DNA from: Chiloscyllium plagiosum
Lineage: Eukaryota
Length of the DNA stretch: 64,000 bases
NCBI RefSeq assembly: GCF_004010195.1
Contig: NC_057755.1
Coordinates: 1,353,306 to 1,417,305 of the forward strand
Reading direction: 5' to 3'
Part shown: piece after piece, positions 61,366 through 64,000 of the stretch
Position numbering within the stretch: position 1 is the first letter of the stretch
Layout: each line of letters begins with the position of its first letter
The notes under the pieces: model-generated
The model's database searches: none
Told to the model about the DNA's origin: nothing
What the model saw: the letters and a program-made list of their open reading frames with translations, nothing else
Program-made: the position numbers and the translations under genes

Positions 61366-62214
61366 ATCTCCCTGAAAGTGTCAACAAAAGTGGATACAGT
61401 TGTAAACAAGGCCTTCGATATGCTTGCGTTTAATGGTTGGGGCATGAGGTCAACGGGCCATCTTGTGGCCACAATTGTGTCCCTGCCAATGAGCGGCTAG
61501 CCCATTGCTTCCTGCATTGTTTTGAATAAAACTCACTGCATTCATGACCACTTCTGTTTTGTGCTCATTTCTCATGAAGAGGGTCACTGAGTCACACAGC
61601 AACGGAAGAGGTCCTTTGGCTCATCATGCCCTTATTCTGGGAGGATGTGTATCCAGTCTTGGACTCTTCCTCAAGCGGAAACAACCTCTCCACACCTACT
61701 CCATCAATTCCGCTAAGAATCTTGTATGTTTCAATGCAATAAGACATACTCTACATTCCTTGGATCTGTCTGGCTACCATTGTAATGTCAGAGCAGGATA
61801 TGTGGTGTAACCATCACTGAATCTCCAACTCTTAACATCCTTGGGCTCACCAATGACCGGAAACTCAACTGGCATTACCAATAACAACATTTTTTACAAG
61901 AACAGATCAGAGGCTAGGAAAATTGTGGCAAGTAACTCACCTCCTGACGCACCAAAGCCTGTCTACCATATACAAGGCACAAGCCAGGAGTATGATGCAA
62001 TACTCACCAATTGTGTCGGTGAGTGCACCTCCAACGACACTCAAGAAACGCAACACCATTTAGAGAAAGCAGTTCTTTTGACATTCACAAGCATCCACCC
62101 TCTCCTCCACCACCCATGCTCAGTAATAGCAATGTGTACTGTCTACAGGATAAAGTATTGAAAATCATCAAAGAGCCTTAGATAGCATCTTTCAACAAAC
62201 TTGCCAGATCGAAT

Positions 62215-63000
62215 ACAATGCAGGGAAGTGTGAGGCCATGTACTTTGGTAGGAAGAATCGAGGCACAGACTATATTCTGGGTGGAGAGAAAATTCGGAAC
62301 TCTGATGTGCAAAGGGGCTTGGGAGTCCTAAACATGGATTCCCTTAAGGTCGACTTTCAGGTTAAATCAGTAGTTAGGAAAGCAAATGCAATTTCTCATT
62401 TACTTTGAGAAGACTAAAATGTAAAAGAAGAGATGTATTCTAAGGGTTTCTAAGGCTTTGATCAAACCTTAGATTATTGTGAGAAATCTTGGGCCCCATA
62501 CCTCAAGAAGGATATATTGGACTTGAGGTGCGTCCAGAGGAGGTTCAAGAGAATGATCTCGGGAATGAAAAGATTAACATATGAGGAACATCTGAGACTC
62601 TGGCTCTATCCTCGATAAAGTTTATAAGGATCAGGGCAGATCCCATTGAAACATGTAGAATACTAAAAAAAGATTGGATTGAGTGGACATTAAGAATAAT
62701 TTGGCTTTAGCAGGATAGATTTAGAGTAAAGAGAAAACCCTTAGGAAAGGAGATGAGGGGAAACTTCTTCAGCTAGAGAGTGATGAATCTATGGAATTCA
62801 TTACCAAAGAAGTTTGTGGAGGCCAGGTCATTGAATATATCGAAAACAGAGGTAAGTATGTTCTTGGTTGTTGAGGGGATCAAAGATTATGGGGAGAAGG
62901 CGGGTGAATGGGGTTGACACACTTATCAATCATGACTGAATGGTGGAGCAGATCTGATTGGCCGAGTGGCCTAACTTCTGCTTCTATGTCTTATGGTCTT
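62215..63000 (+). mobile_element. Degraded CR1 3' fragment
   Basis: KCEAMYFGRKN, VQRRFKRMISG remnants; tcttatgg tail. Confidence 0.75.
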
Positions 63001-63654
63001 AAGGTTTCATCTAGAAGGACAAGGGCAAGAGATACATGGGAAAACACACCAACTGTACATTACCCAGCAAGACATTCACCATCACTATCGCCTTTCCTTC
63101 ACTGTTATGGGGTGATTCCCTCCGTAGAGTGGTGCGGGTCAACCAACAGAACATGGACTGCAGCATTTCAAGAGCTCATATCCACCTTCCCAAGGGCAAT
63201 TAGGTATAGTTAATAAATGCTGTCCATAGCCATGTCCCATGAGTAAATTAAAAATCACACTGCCCTCCTCGGCAGCGGATTCTAGATCTCGCCTCTCTCC
63301 ACTGCACCCCACCTACTGGGTGAAGGATTTTTTCCTGAAATTCCCAAGAAACCTCCCACTAATCATTTTAAAATGGTGCCCCTATGCTATTGATCCTTCG
63401 TCTAAGGGAGCAGATGCTTGCAATCCACCTCGTTTTTGTGCCAATTGGTCATATACATCACTATCGAGTCCCTATTCAACCTGCTCTGCTACAAAGAAAA
63501 CAACCCAAGTTCATCCAGCCTCTATTTATCGCTGAACTGTTCATTTCCAGACTCCAGACAAACGCCCTATTATCCCTCTTACTCTCAGCTTCCTAGTCCC
63601 TAGCCATTCGTTGAATACTCCCTCGTCTCGTTATTTCTTCCAAAGTTGATGACG

Positions 63655-63849
63655 GGAGAAAGTGCGGACTGCAGATGCTGGAGATCAGGGATTAAAAATG
63701 TGTTGCTGGAAAAGCGCAGCAGGTCAGGCAGCATCAAAGGAACAGGAGAATCGACGTTCCTGAAGAAGGGCTTATGCCCAAAACGTCGATTCTCCTGTTC
63801 CTTTGATGCTGACTGGCCTGCTGCACTTTTCCAGCAACACATTTTTAAG
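63655..63849. mobile_element. Penelope-derived hairpin mini-element, hammerhead core mutated
   Basis: Imperfect TSD caaagttgatgacg (63641-63654) / caaggtttatgacg (63850-63863); GAAA box changed to AAAA. Confidence 0.82.
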
Positions 63850-64000
63850 CAAGGTTTATGACGCCCAGGTATGGCAAGGTTTAATTCTATATACCACGAT
63901 TTGTCCTTTATATTGGTGGTTTTCCTTATGGAAAGAGAGAGAGAGAGAGAAGGTCAGAAAATGGCAGGACCACAGTTGATCTGTCAAAGATCCAAGACCA

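Overview
Vertebrate genomic DNA, almost certainly from a cartilaginous fish (shark-type CR1 LINEs, tRNA-derived SINEs, Penelope-like elements and a GPR139/142-like orphan GPCR family). Most of the window is decayed repeats, and nearly all entries in the ORF track are spurious or transposon-derived. Reading the minus strand for splice sites gives a phase-consistent gene with 7 coding exons (25417->3603, 828 nt, 275 aa). It joins an N-terminal pyrin (PYD) death-fold domain, via a charged linker carrying a DELD|G caspase-3/7-type motif, to a four-transmembrane MS4A/CD20-family domain. An ISRE-like motif lies beside a candidate non-coding first exon. This PYD-tetraspan architecture is unfamiliar to me and is the main finding; it is a manual prediction, with no expression data or database search behind it. 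Also present: a GPCR pseudogene, several Penelope-like elements and ~200-bp hairpin mini-elements with minimal hammerhead ribozyme motifs and 13-15 bp target-site duplications, solo LTRs, minisatellites and an assembly gap. Repeat boundaries are approximate unless defined by a TSD.
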